Assembly: GCA_002633005.1 (NCBI GenBank)
Contig: NMRA01000050.1
Span: 867,820-931,819 of the forward strand
Direction: 5' to 3'
From: Phoronis australis
Lineage: Eukaryota; Animalia; Phoronida
DNA: 64,000 nucleotides
In this document: positions 1 to 12,997 of the stretch, piece after piece
Position numbering within the stretch: the stretch's first letter is position 1
Layout: the number at the start of each line of letters is the position of its first letter
Position numbers and translations under genes: made by a program
The notes under the pieces: generated by a model
What the model was told of the DNA's origin: nothing
Databases searched by the model: none
What the model saw: only the letters and a program-made list of their open reading frames with translations

Positions 1-57
1 GAATAAACCCACGTAAAACTGTAATACAGAGTTGTGTTTGAAAGAGGTTTTTATACG
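1..57 (+). mobile_element. 3' end of a Gypsy LTR (same family as 22820-27405; solo or 3' LTR, continues upstream of the window)
   Basis: 55/57 identical to the reverse complement of 27141-27197. Contains AATAAA, ends at the LTR terminus (..TATACG vs ..CATACA), and is not followed by a PBS. Confidence 0.9.
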
Positions 58-128
58 GGTTTCAAGAAAGATAAGTAATGGAATCAACAATTTAGGGTCC
101 ATAAATCTGTTTGACATATCCCCTATTA

Positions 129-319
129 CATGTGCGCACCCAGCCTACGTTGTGGACCATTTGCGAACAAAGGAGCGGGCGGACTAAAAAAAATAAAAAA
201 ACGGAAGAGCACCTCTGTGAATTGCACGTTTGCGCTTATTTAGTGGATAGTTGTCCCATTTTCTCGGGTTTTTTTGTCTCTAGGGATCGGATCTTTTTGC
301 CCCCCTGGGTGCGCGCATG
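129..319. mobile_element. MITE with CATG...CATG ends and 5-bp TSD (hAT5-like non-autonomous)
   Basis: TIRs CATGTGCGCACCCAG / CTGGGTGCGCGCATG, with TATTA directly flanking both ends. Confidence 0.7.
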
Positions 320-399
320 TATTACCATTTCACCCATTGAACGTTCATAACTGACCGTTGGTCAGAGATTACGAAGGCACCAGTGATGACATAATTGCC

Positions 400-1600
400 T
401 GATGCTAATACTCAAAACAGTTGACGACTTTAGCGACAATTTTTAGGTTGACATAAATAATTCAAATACTTTTTAATGAAACTTTCTCTTTCGTGCAATA
501 TTTCAAGGCAATTTAGCTTTTAATCAAATTTGTTTTTTGAATTAAGGGTTCGAGATTGTATGAAGCGTTTGAATCGAAAATTATTGTTTATCTTTTAAGA
601 CAAAAGCCTACATCACGGGAAAGGCATCAATGTCTGAAATACAAAAATGAAAAAATCATTAAGATCGCATTGTGCATTCAAAAGTTATCGCTATTTATGC
701 GTCAAACTTTGACTTGCGATGTCAGCAGAATAGGATAAGGAATTTTAAAAGGTGCTTATAAACATTACTTTCAAAAATATTCCAGCAGTAAATTTTAGTA
801 ACACATATCTTTACCTACCATTCTGTACAATCCAAGAGTTAACACCAGAATTTAATCACGCAGGTGTAACTTATTGAATTGAATGGTTAAAGTGCTCACA
901 ATTCACGTTGGACAAGGCGACTTTTCTGAACTGAAAGGGAGGTTCACCCGGCTTCGTTGTCATCGGTGATGGTTTACCAATAATGCATTTGCAGACACAC
1001 TGCTACAAAAAGCAGTTTTGTACAGTTTTCCGGTGCTTGCGCCATAACTATTTTGAATCTTCCTCTTATTTCAATGCGAAGTGCCCATTCAATTGACCTG
1101 CATCCTGCTATTTTTTTCTGAAAATCAATTTCTGTTCAAGGTATGGTTTTTTGTCACAACAGGACACATGTTCTTCTATATTCTATGCACAAATTTCGAT
1201 TTTGATTCTTGCTTTGTATCTAGTTACTTTCTACTTCAAAATATATCAAAGCAACAAAGTGTGAAAAATCGTACATGTAGTTGATTGACAGAAGTGTTAC
1301 ATTTTGATTATGAAGTGAGAAGCTTAATACTCGATTTTTTCCGCGTCATTAAATCATATTATGTATTATCATGCTATTCAATTTTTAGTTGAAGGACGAA
1401 AACGTTTATGGTACTCAGTCCCCATGGTAACGATTATGCATGTATAATTTCATAGTTAACGTGAGCTTGATTTACCCTATATTGCTGAAAATTTCCAAAT
1501 TACATTCTTAGTAAGGCTGTTAGGATCATGTTAGTTTGCGTATTAATTTGTACTGAGATCACTTTGCCAGGTGTAAGCAGTAGCTACTATGACAATTTTG
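400..1600 (+). repeat. Old interspersed repeat, related in inverted orientation to ~11480-12560 (boundaries approximate)
   Basis: Blocks GTGCTCACAATTCnCGTTGGAC..GGCGACTTTT(G)CTGAACTGAAAGG, TGCTACAAAAAG and CCATGGTAA are collinear with the reverse complement of ~11640-12220. Confidence 0.65.
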
Positions 1601-3050
1601 AAACCCGTGCGTCCAATAGTTTTAAGAGATGTCATTTTTATCTCTCCTAGGGGTGTGACAACAAGTGACGAAATCAGATTTGGGTGGAGTCGGTTGAACG
1701 ATTAGCATCATGTAAAACTGACAAAACTCAGATTAAAGAGACTTTATATATTAATGTACTAAGGTGGGTGTTTAAAGGGCACCAGTTAGCAGCTGACGGG
1801 GGGAGGGCTCATGTTAGACACATGAACGAATTTCCGAAGTGCTAAAACTGTCACTGGTGTGGCAGCATAGGTTAAACTCATTCGAAAGCATGCATGCGAA
1901 TAATAATAGTTTTTGACTTAATTAGAAGTATGACGTGGAAAACAAAAAACGACGCTAGAGTGCAGCATGTAAACGACGTTTCGATATTAATCAAATCCTC
2001 GGGTACAACAGTAGACAAAATATCGTGACAGAATTTTATTAACATTGAAACATCGTTCTCAAACATACATGTGCCATCGTTTCCTCGATGGAAATGTTTC
2101 GGCCAAATTTCATGAAATTTCACCAAAGAAATCTAGTTATAGAGACTGCCATCAGGGAGTCAGCAGTAGTCAAAGTACTTACGAATTGACGTAGACTGAT
2201 TTGATCTCCATAGAAACATATTTTGCAAAAATTACTGAAGCCCCTTTATGAGGTGTATGAGCTAGAGCTACATACTGCCCCTGTCAGACACCGTAAAATA
2301 CGCGATGGTACAGTGTATGTCTTTTCTATCGGCTGCTTCTTGAAAACAAACAAAATCCCGTATTTTAATGTTTTTAATTTTCTTAATCAGTCAGCAAACT
2401 GATGAAAAACATCATTGAAAGTCACCAGCACGCCGCCAACAGGCCCCCAGAGCACCTCAAAAATGGCTAAAAATCAAATACGCAAAATTGGGCAAAATTT
2501 ACCGCATTTTGGCTCTCCATTGAAACTTCAAAGACTGTCTCCTGATAGAGATGTTCATTGTCTACATAAACATTATAAATATTTTGCTTTGCCATTCTTT
2601 TAAGCCTTATTAAACCAACTTCACTAACTGAACCTTTTGAACCAAAATGAGCTACTTTGGGCCAAAATATTCACGATGCTCTAACATAAAAAATAATGGC
2701 CCAAAAATTTCAAATGAGCATTTTCATTATATCCCACCACGATGTATGAACACGCATTTTTTTAAAGATCTACATGTAAGTCGGTGTCCCTAGAGTCCAC
2801 CTGTTGGTGCTCTCGTGGAATTACAGTTTAAACTTTCAAGATTGACTCCAATGATGCATTACGAGGTGACTGAACGAGGATCGGTGGAAATCATCAAAAC
2901 AGGGTGTCGTATCCATATAAACAAGTGTGTAGTCTTTAATAAGTCTATTGTCGGTGCAAAGCTGTATATTTATACAACTTAACACCAAGGCTACACCTAA
3001 ACTAGCGTATATGTGCGGAAGCGTACAGTTGCGGTACGTTAGCGCGTGCC

Positions 3051-4535
3051 GTTTATTTATTTATTTATTTATTGATTTAAACTTCTTTAAAAGACTGGGA
3101 GAAAACTTCAGTGAATACACTGATTTTCAAGTGAACCCAGTCGGAAATAATTACATGAAGTAAAATACAGACAGCTATACACAATTAGATTGAAAAGCTA
3201 ATAAATAAAAAATTAGTATAAAGTTGGTAAATATGTACAATTTGATGAATAAATAACATAAAACAGAGTAAAATAGTGATTAGCTGAGGCCTACAGTAAC
3301 GAACCACGCACAAAGTCCCAGTACTTCTGTTTGAAGACGTGGACATTGGGCGCGTTAGCGACGGCAATCCCCAGCCCGTTGTAAGCGACAGCACATCTGT
3401 AGGCAAAAGTTCTTTTGCCACAGTTGATTTTAGGATTACTTGGTACCAGACAGCCGGAAACACTCGCTTTAGTTTTGTAATTGTGAAAATCTCTGACTGC
3501 CTTAAATCTAGTAGTAAGGTAATTAGGTGTGAGGCTATGTGTGGCTTTGTATGCCATAAAGTTTAAATGAAAGGCACGCCTGCTAACCAGGCTGCACCAA
3601 CCAAGTTTATCTAGGAGTTCAGAAATAGGAAGGTCCTTATAAAGGCCACTATAGGTGAGTATCAGCCTCCCATTCTTGTTTTGTGATTTTTTAAGTCTAT
3701 CCTGAAGATATCATGCACAATTACCCCACACAACATCCCAGTAATCAAAGTGTGGTACAATTAGACCGAAGAGTAGCCTGATCAACATACATTGTAACTC
3801 CTGGCTGTGTACAAAAGCCCAATCCGCTGAGAATTTTTTTTACACACATAAGCTACATGTTCGTCCCATGATAAGTTATTATCAATCATAACACTCAGAT
3901 ATTTATATTTCTCAGCTCTTGCCAGCCGGGTGCCGTTAATAGTAATGGAAATATTGCTTGGAGACAACACAGTCAGCCTCTGTCTGCTACCAATAGTCAT
4001 AACCTTGGTTTTATCAACATTAAGTGTCAGTTTGTTCTCCACAAGCCAAGCATAAACACGATTCATTTCTTCAGCTAAGGTGGCATTGACTTCATCTATT
4101 GACTTGGCAGCAAAGAAGAGGGCTGTGTCGTCTGCATACAAACTAATTCTACATTGTATCACTGACGTGGGTAAATCATTTACGTCTACACAAAATGACA
4201 ATGGGCCCAGTATGGACCCCTGGGGGACTCCACAGGTCACATCAAGAGGTTTGATAACGCCGCGTTCACAACAGTGACTTGATTACGATTTCTTAAATAA
4301 TTACTGAACCAGTCCAGTTCGGCGTCGCGTACACCCCATTTAGAAAGTTTTAACAGTAACCTATTGCGGTTAAAAGTATCGAAAGCTTTCTTCAGGTCCA
4401 GAAAGATAGCACCATTAACTTTACCATTGTCCATATTGTCAAGTAAGTAGTCAGTTATGTCAAGGAGAGAAGTAGCTGTGGTGTGCGCGCGGCGAAAACC
4501 CGACTGTTCATCACATAAAAGATTGTTTCACTCTA
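3051..4535 (-). mobile_element. 5'-truncated, decayed non-LTR retrotransposon (CR1/L2/Crack-type RT)
   Basis: RT motifs QSGFR..HTT, AIFLDLKKAFD, GVPQGSILGP, YADDT and LTLNVDKTK across frameshifted ORFs 4237-4434, 3782-4240 and 3291-3557. 3' UTR hairpin around TTGAAAATCAG and an (AATA)n tail at ~3051-3078. Confidence 0.9.
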
Positions 4536-5610
4536 AATAAGTACAATTACAAATGCCGGCTTACCTAAGTCGTATTCCATATCCCCGTCTATCAGAAAGG
4601 AGTTACACAACGCAACCAACAGAGTAACTAAAATACCCATGTTTGATAAAGTTTCTAGAAAGTTACCGTAAGTAACCAATTCTGCGATCTCAAACAAACA
4701 CTTTTCACGTACACTTAAATTTCCCGCAAACTTACGTATATATTGAGTTGTGCTACCTCCCAGGCTGATCCACTATAAACAAGGCTACGAACCGACATTC
4801 AGGTCAAGAAGCGAAATTTTGATTTAGTCTTCTTGACGCTATGAAATCGGTCTCGGCTTGTCAGATGAGATGCGACTTTCTCTGTTTGCAAAGCGCTGGC
4901 AGTCCATTACTCTAACTATGCTCGAAGTACAAAATGACGCGTCATGACAAGCTAACCTGAAGAGCCTTGTGTCAATACTGAAAGAATGATGAGTCATTTG
5001 TTCGAACCCCTGACGAGTCATTTCCAAGTTTAGGAGACCCAATTTCATAAAGGTGGTTTAAACCAAGTTTTAGTTTTATTGACCCGTGTTTATAGCCGCA
5101 ACTCCGACTGGTTAGAGCAGCGACAAAAGCTCATTTGCAACCCGCAAGACTGCTGAAATGAGACTATTTTCCCTTGCCATCCTCAGCACACATCAAGGAC
5201 GAGTTATGTAACTTTATAAGCAATCCTCCGTCCTTATTGTTGCTCGAAAACCATACTTATGTTTTCTAGTTGCACTGAGAAAACCCTGACCATCATGTTC
5301 ACATAATTAGGGAAATGTACAATTAACTTGAGAACTCTGGTCAATGAAGAATGTCTTCTTGTGTCACTGAATTGGTGTCAATGGTGCAGAGCAATAAACT
5401 TGATAGAAAATTTCCAAGGTTAAGTGTCACTATTCCGAAAGTTCACTACTCCGAAGGTTCACCACCCAAAAGTTTCGGTGCCTTGCCGAAAGTTACTTCA
5501 AATGTCCACAATTCCGAAACTAGAACTCCGACAGTTCATTTGTCTGTCTCCAATGAGTCGGAACTGACATGAATAAAGCAAAGGGTGTGCAAGAGATGAA
5601 TAGTTCTTAA

Positions 5611-6504
5611 AGTGGCATGGACCGCGAAAACTCGCAAAAAATACGTTTTAAACGATCCCTACCGAAAGTGCATTCTTGCAACCTTTACTACAGAGTTATC
5701 CACTTCTCCCTGAGAAGGAATTTCCAAAAAAAAATACCCAATTCATGGTTTTTGAAAGAAGAACGAAGAAAAGTTTGTGTGGTACCCAAGTAAAGCTGTC
5801 AATCTCCCTCTCACATAAGATAAATGCGCGCATGCGCTGAGTCATTCGACAAACGAACAGCTTAGTCAGTGTCAAGATATAGGACAGTGTTGTGGAGTGA
5901 ATACATTGCCACCCAATGTGCTTATACCTCGTGCCGTGATGGAGCTAACGATTGTGTTCTGTTGTGTTACCTACTCAGAACAGGCCTACTCGGTAGCGTC
6001 GGACTTAGTCATAGTGCTCTGGTCGCTTCTAAATATGCTTTTGCGATTAACATGGTTGGACAAATCTGTGACAGCGTTACATGTACGTTTTTGCCTGCCT
6101 CTACGATACTTTATGATTGTACGATTACTTGAGATTTGATCATTCAGTTGATCTGTGGACTATTATTCATTACACTATGTGTCTGAGTACGGTTCTGCGT
6201 TAATACTCGCAGGCGCGGTTTTACAAGACAATACGAGACAAGATGTCTGGCAGTGGAAAGCTGGGCAAATAAAGGGGGTGTTCGTCTAAGTTAATTGACT
6301 CAGTTGGAAAGAAAAGAAGGCAAGACTTGCAGCTAAAAGTTAATAAACAACGCATGTATTTGGGTACAGAGCACGGTCGCTGGGAATCTCTTAGAAATGA
6401 ACAATCGGTCATTAATTCTGAGCTGGCAAAACGACTGCTTGATGCGTAAGTATTCGTTTGGTCTTACTTCGGTAGTTATCGAGACATTGCACGGTCCCAT
6501 CACT
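5611..6504. mobile_element. Non-autonomous Kolobok-like DNA transposon
   Basis: TTAA at 5607-5610 and 6505-6508. Imperfect TIRs AGTGGCATGGACCG / CGGTCCCATCACT. Confidence 0.6.
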
Positions 6505-6970
6505 TTAAAATCATCTCGATCCAATAAAGTAGTGGTCCGAGAACTCACTGAGAAAGTGAAGTGTGAAAGTTAAATTCTGACATAAATTCACCGAGTTGCA
6601 TTATCTGTTGACATTAGCTAAGCCTATATTAAGATTACATTGCAGGTTCACTAACTAGGCTTCTAGAAGTACTCAACAGTTAAAACACAGCTACTAAAGC
6701 TTCAACAAAACCCAATCGATGTGCTTGTCCCTGACGGCCTGATTGCCTGCTGAAAGACTGCCAGCAACCTACCGCCAGCAATATAAATAAAAGAAACATC
6801 CGGGGAACCATAAAACTGACAAATCACAAGACACTACAGAAACATCTAGGACGAATGATAATGACGATTACAACAACACCTACTTATCGCCGTATATTGA
6901 CGACTTATTAAATTGTTGTCAGTTGATAATTCTTGAAACACTAAGAAAAATTACAAAACAGTATTACTCT

Positions 6971-7005
6971 GAGCAATGAGCTATACCTGGTATAGCTCAT
7001 TGCTC
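6971..7005. repeat. Perfect 17-bp inverted repeat with 1-nt spacer
   Basis: GAGCAATGAGCTATACC-T-GGTATAGCTCATTGCTC. Confidence 0.95.
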
Positions 7006-7074
7006 TGAGATAGTACTCCCGTCTCAACTTACCGCAGTAGAGACGGCAGTAGTCCAATAAGGCCCTCCATTTGC

Positions 7075-7655
7075 TGGAAGCTTTTTGGCGAATAGTACCA
7101 CATTAATTAAACCATCAAAGTCAAGTTGCTGCAGCTATCTTTTGCAGATAGGGGGATACACACGTACCTCAGGAGAACGTTAATGTCTTAAACTCTTCCC
7201 AGCACAGTCAAGGCGGGCATTAGGCGCTTTTTTCTGTCCTTGGTTAAGGTAACAAAATCATGGACTGACCATCTCTGGGAAGTGGCCCATTTCTGCATTG
7301 AATGAATTATTGCTGTAGCGTTTTGAAATCAAATTGAAATTGAGTCGACCTCCCTGACGGAGTAAATCAATGACTAGGCCTAAAGCACTACACAGGTGAT
7401 CACCAGGGTTTGCTAGTGCTTGAAACTTGTCCGCCAGAGTTGTACCACTCATACCTGTGCAAAATGATATTGTAGATGAACAAAGAAACGTACCAGAAAC
7501 AAATCTTTATTACCAAAGTATTTGTTCGAGTTGCAAGGAATTAAAGACATCAACAGCCTCCTAAGGTGGCCATGTCTGTGTTTTAAAGGTACTTAAGGCA
7601 GCATGACTTTGATGGTTTAGTGTGGGCGAGGTACTAATTGCCGAAAGGCTTCTTG
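7075..7655. mobile_element. MITE-like element with ~55-bp imperfect terminal inverted repeats
   Basis: 7078-7132 (..TAGTACC..TAAACCATCAAAGTCA..GCTGC) is the inverse of 7599-7652. Confidence 0.55.
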
Positions 7656-10600
7656 TTGCCCCTAGAGTTACGGCCCAGTTCAGACAGCAATTCTGTTTCA
7701 GTGGCAAGTAGTGCATTTTGCTAGATTCAGCACTTGTAAAGTAGGTACAAAGTCATGTTTCGTGGATTTGTAGCCTTGTTTATCTTGTTTTACCTTATTT
7801 GCAGGCCTATGTATATTGAAATAAAGTGGTATTATAATCTGAGAGATCAAGAGCCTACCTTCTTGAGAGATATTATGCAACATCTGGAAGAAACCCACTG
7901 CCAAAACCCCATTCATCAAAATCTCACTTCCCTACAAGGGTTTACGAAGTAAAAGCACAAGCTTTTGTCGATCGATTTTCAAAATTCAAAAATACATCAA
8001 TTGAGGATAATTTTTGGTTACAAATTCCAATTCACAAAAAATTAAGTAATGAATTGCACTCGCAATGTTTGTGACAGTGATTCATTTAGCTTGGTTATTA
8101 TCGTAGCGAATTTTGTCACCTGTATGTTTTGACAACTGTACCCGTAGACAATAACTAGGTTACTGCAATTTCATTTTCGCACTGTAGGTACATGTATGAA
8201 GGGGCACAAAGTTAAAGACTGGCAACAATATATAGAGAAGTGTCCACAGAGTCTGAACCTGAAGCTGTATCTGCAACACCTGCAACTCCCACAATTTTTC
8301 AAAGGTATTCTAGAATTTTTTTGTCTACTTAAATCTTCACCTACTAGTACTTGTGGCTACGATAACACATGACATAGAAATTTGGTCGTTTTTGTGAGGG
8401 TTTAAGTACTAATTTAAATCAAATCATTCCAGCTTGCCATTGTTTGAAATATTACTGAACCTGCACTCATTAAGCCTTCACTGGCTTGGACTATGGACTG
8501 AATGCTTGTATTTTCATCAAGTTTTTGCTTTCCTAAATTTGTTGAACTTGAATTTATTGTACCTTATTAAAATTTAAATTATTGTGCAAATATTGTAAAT
8601 TGGTTTACTGAACTGACTCTGAACTTAGTCGAAAAGCATTGCCCTTAAAACACGTTTAAAAGTAACCAAATTTTCTTTGATGTTATCTTTACAGAAATGA
8701 CTGTGCTACTGCTGTTGAGAAGCCTGGGACCTCAAAACTAGTCTCATCAACACAAACTGGTTTACATCTATCGACATTACTCAGGTGTGAAACTGTTATT
8801 TAAAATGAATACTTGTACTCTACGTTACTGAATTATTTACTGACAGTGCTTTAAGAACATTGGATGCCAAGACTTAAAAATTTGAAAGCCGTCGACTTAT
8901 TTGACCATGTCTGTGACAATTATGATCTTCTAATCTGCACCGATTGAAATATCCCTGTTAAACGGGGACAAGGCAATCAAACATGCAAACTTCGTAGTAA
9001 CACTGGAATGGTAGACACAAACCATATCAAATATATGAAGAGAAATTCGTGCATGTAAACCAAAGAAACAGATAAAACAAAAAACAGGTGTATGAACTAA
9101 TAAATTATGTAAACATTTTCTAGTGGTGGTGGTCACACTTTCGTTTTCCCAAGGAACCCAGCACTAAGCAAAATGGCATCATAAAATGTATCTATACAAG
9201 AACTGTGTTCTTACATGTTATTTGTATGAATGATTTTTGTTCGTACGCCTGATTTGTTAGTTCTTGTGCATGACTTTTTGTTTGTACATATCATGTTGTG
9301 GTTCGCATGTGTGAATAAAGTGTTCTTCCGAACGATGCAGTGTTTGGTGCGTAATACTTGAAGTACCTGTGTAATACTTAAATCTCGTGCGTGTGACTCA
9401 AAGTTTGTACGTATGACTGCCTGGTACCCTTGTGTAGTTGCTGACAAAAGGTTGAACTCAAGGTATATTTCTTTACATTTAAATGTGATTATGGCAATGG
9501 TGTGTCATTTCAATGGGCTTGAGCTTTCTGGAACCAATGCAAGTGATTCTTCCTCTGACGACGAAGCTTTAAAGGAGCATGTCACCCAAAAACAACCTAA
9601 TTTGTATCAATTTAGATCGAGTAATTCTACTATATAACGACACGTGCGGTTGTGTTACCTGACACCTGACGGCAGACGGAGTTGTTGAAATTATCCAATG
9701 GCGACATTGGTTTCACACACAGCCTGTTCAGCAGTTCACAACACGGGTTACTGGTGTCTGCTTATCGTTTGAATTCATCGTTTAACACCGATAAATCATC
9801 AAACTTCGATGTAAAACCCTTGAAGTCCTGGTCTCACGCGTTGTTAACCCTTATTCAGTGGCGGATCTAGGATATCGCAAGGGGGGGGNNNNNNNNNNNN
9901 NNNNNNNNNNNNNNNNNNNNNNNNNNNNNNNNNNNNNNNNNNNNNNNNNNNNNNNNNNNNNNNNNNNNNNNNNNNNNNNNNNNNNNNNNNNNNNNNNNNN
10001 NNNNNNNNNNNNNNNNNNNNNNNNNNNNNNNNNNNNNNNNNNNNNNNNNNNNNNNNNNNNNNNNNNNNNNNNNNNNNNNNNNNNNNNNNNNNNNNNNNNN
10101 NNNNNNNNNNNNNNNNNNNNNNNNNNNNNNNNNNNNNNNNNNNNNNNNNNNNNNNNNNNNNNNNNNNNNNNNNNNNNNNNNNNNNNNNNNNNNNNNNNNN
10201 NNNNNNNNNNNNNNNNNNNNNNNNNNNNNNNNNNNNNNNNNNNNNNNNNNNNNNNNNNNNNNNNNNNNNNNNNNNNNNNNNNNNNNNNNNNNNNNNNNNN
10301 NNNNNNNNNNNNNNNNNNNNNNNNNNNNNNNNNNNNNNNNNNNNNNNNNNNNNNNNNNNNNNNNNNNNNNNNNNNNNNNNNNNNNNNNNNNNNNNNNNNN
10401 NNNNNNNNNNNNNNNNNNNNNNNNNNNNNNNNNNNNNNNNNNNNNNNNNNNNNNNNNNNNNNNNNNNNNNNNNNNNNNNNNNNNNNNNNNNNNNNNNNNN
10501 NNNNNNNNNNNNNNNNNNNNNNNNNNNNNNNNNNNNNNNNNNNNNNTACCCCATAACTAATACACGATCCGTACTCGAAAAAAGTTTAAATGATCGCGCC

Positions 10601-11479
10601 ACTCACGATTCGTAGCTGAAGAGCCACCGCCATTTTGAACTTGCCGCGAACCCGGAAGTACAATTCATTCAGGAACCCAGGCCGAGAAAACGCCGTCAAT
10701 GCGACTGGAGCAGTGCCTGTACTGTTACCAGCCAGCAAACGGGGATAGAATAATCGCCTTAATTTTAATAAAATCAAAAAAGGGACAATTTTATCGAATT
10801 TGCTGAAGAAATGTGGCGAATAAATTTTGACAGAAATTATTTTGCCAGACTCGGGACCGCAGCCTATAGGACCCGGTGCGGATCGAGACCAGACACTGGC
10901 GAACGGTAAACGAATGCGGTTGCAAGCTGTTTTGTCGAAGTAAAATGGTCAAATCATAAATGCTGCATATATTAAAGGGTAGTTTCAAACAATTGCATGA
11001 AATTACGGGCTGGTTAGTCCTGTGTCACAATGCCGCGGCAGACCTTAGTTAGCCTGAGTGCCAGCTACCACTGAAGACTATCGTCAAAATACAGCTTGTT
11101 AGTAGGCCTGTACAGCTTTGCGCCAAGGCTACCATTAGGCCTAACTGGTCGCTGGTCGCAGCGCTCGCTCAAACGAGGTTTATTTAGAACTTGGGTACTT
11201 CTGGCGAACTGTGCAAAGTTGTTGGCTTTCAATAGAGATTTTCGCAGATTTTGTATGAGCGCACCAAGCCTAAAGAATGGGGAGTGGGAGGCTGGAATGT
11301 TTGGGAATGTCTATCTTTTACTATAAGATTCAGTGGGTATGTTCAGAGCTATGAACTGCAGACGCTAAATTTTGGTACTTCCTGTCTTCTAGTGGAATAT
11401 TGTCTCATGTTCTACTTTTTTCGGAATCCGTGCTTCTCTGGCTGAGGCAGACCTTTTCCCATCTCTCCAAAAAGGGAGC

Positions 11480-12560
11480 TCGTTCAACCACATAAGTATG
11501 AGAAATCCAATACAAAATGTTATCATTTCTTATTCATTAACCCAAAATGATTCAAACTTTTAACATAATATGTAACTTAAAATGCACAATACTTTACAAC
11601 ATTTAGCATTACAAACACTATTCAACAGCAACTTTCCATGATATGAAAGTGGACATACATGTACATGTAACTATTACCATGGTGACGGAATAGTGTTTCC
11701 TTACACCAGAAACTGACAAGCATCATTTAAAAAATATGAAGTTGCAAGGCACAAGAATTAGAGGTTTGAAGCTTCACAATCCAACATAGCTTATTTCTCA
11801 TATTGTTGACTTGATAATCCGAATTAAGAAGTAATAAGTTACAAAACATGACTTGAAAGCAATTGACACTTAAACTTTAGAAAAATGTGAATCATTTTGT
11901 GACACCGAATCAAGTCTTGAACAGCAGTTGACAGTCAAACAAAAAAAACATTTCAAAATTATTTCAACTATTTTTTTAGCTTAGTGTAAGATGGGAAATT
12001 TACAGTAAAATAATTCGAATACATCTTATATTTTTGCACAAAAACACGAAAATTGAACAAAGTGTCTTTTTGTAGCAACGTTTTTCAAAACGTATCAACG
12101 TTAAATCTTCACAAATTACAAAGTAGCCGATTGAACATGCCTTTCAGTTCAGCAAAAGTCGCCATGTTGTCGGTGCCGCCAGAAATGAGACGAAGTCCAA
12201 CGGGAATTGTGAGCACATTTATCACTTAATGAGTAACAACTGCGAGTCTGAAATTTGGTGAACACCGTTAAATCGTGCAGAATAGTAAGCAAAGACATGT
12301 CTAACTAAATTTCACCGTAATTTGTTAGCGAAAACAATTTACACAAAGTTTTAAACTCGTAACTTATCCTGCTGTCCTCCAGTATGGCCGACGCGATCCA
12401 AAATAAAGTGACCCAAATTTCGCCATAAAATTTGCAATAACTTTACACTGCTTGCCCCGATTTTGATACTTTTTCCATTTTTACTGTGTCGAATGCACTA
12501 CCTTTCCGATGATAGCAAAGTACTTTTTCAAAACGAGAAAAAATGAAACCAAAAAAAATT
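11480..12560 (-). repeat. Inverted, diverged copy of the ~400-1600 repeat (boundaries approximate)
   Basis: Collinear reverse-complement blocks shared with ~890-1060 and ~1420-1455. Confidence 0.65.
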
Positions 12561-12997
12561 GGTTCGACCCATATTGGTTTCTAGATTCGACCAGCCTATG
12601 TAAGGAACTAAATACCAATGCTATTTTAACATACTAAGTACGCGTAACATTCCAAAAAAATCAACGACCACTAACTACAAACTATAAATACACTACATAT
12701 GCAAACGAGTCACGAGATATTACTAATAAAACAAAATAATGAAGACTTTTCGAGCAAGCGATAGCACATTCAGTTCAGGACAAGTTCCTGAACTGACGAG
12801 CCGGAAATGTGGGTACGGAAATAACCGATGACAGCCGGTAATTATACGCTCACAGAGAAGGGTCAAATACTGTTAAAAATTCGATTTTGGCAAGAAAGGC
12901 GAAAAGAATATAAAGAAAGGGTGTCGAAAATAAGAATTTATGTAGTAAGTATTTTCGGATACTGGAACCACATGGGCAATTGGAAAGCAGGACTTTA

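Noticed and set aside
1648-2793. Harbinger-like element with TAGGG..CCCTAG ends
   Set aside because: TIR similarity beyond about 5 bp is too weak to support boundaries.
7740-9170. Possible decayed host gene (hydrophobic ORF 7755-7952, exon-like 8695-8785)
   Set aside because: No recognisable motif or consistent exon chain could be supported.
9844-10602. Long ORFs in the track here and at 39222-39593 and 57715-58854
   Set aside because: Artefacts of N runs translated as X.
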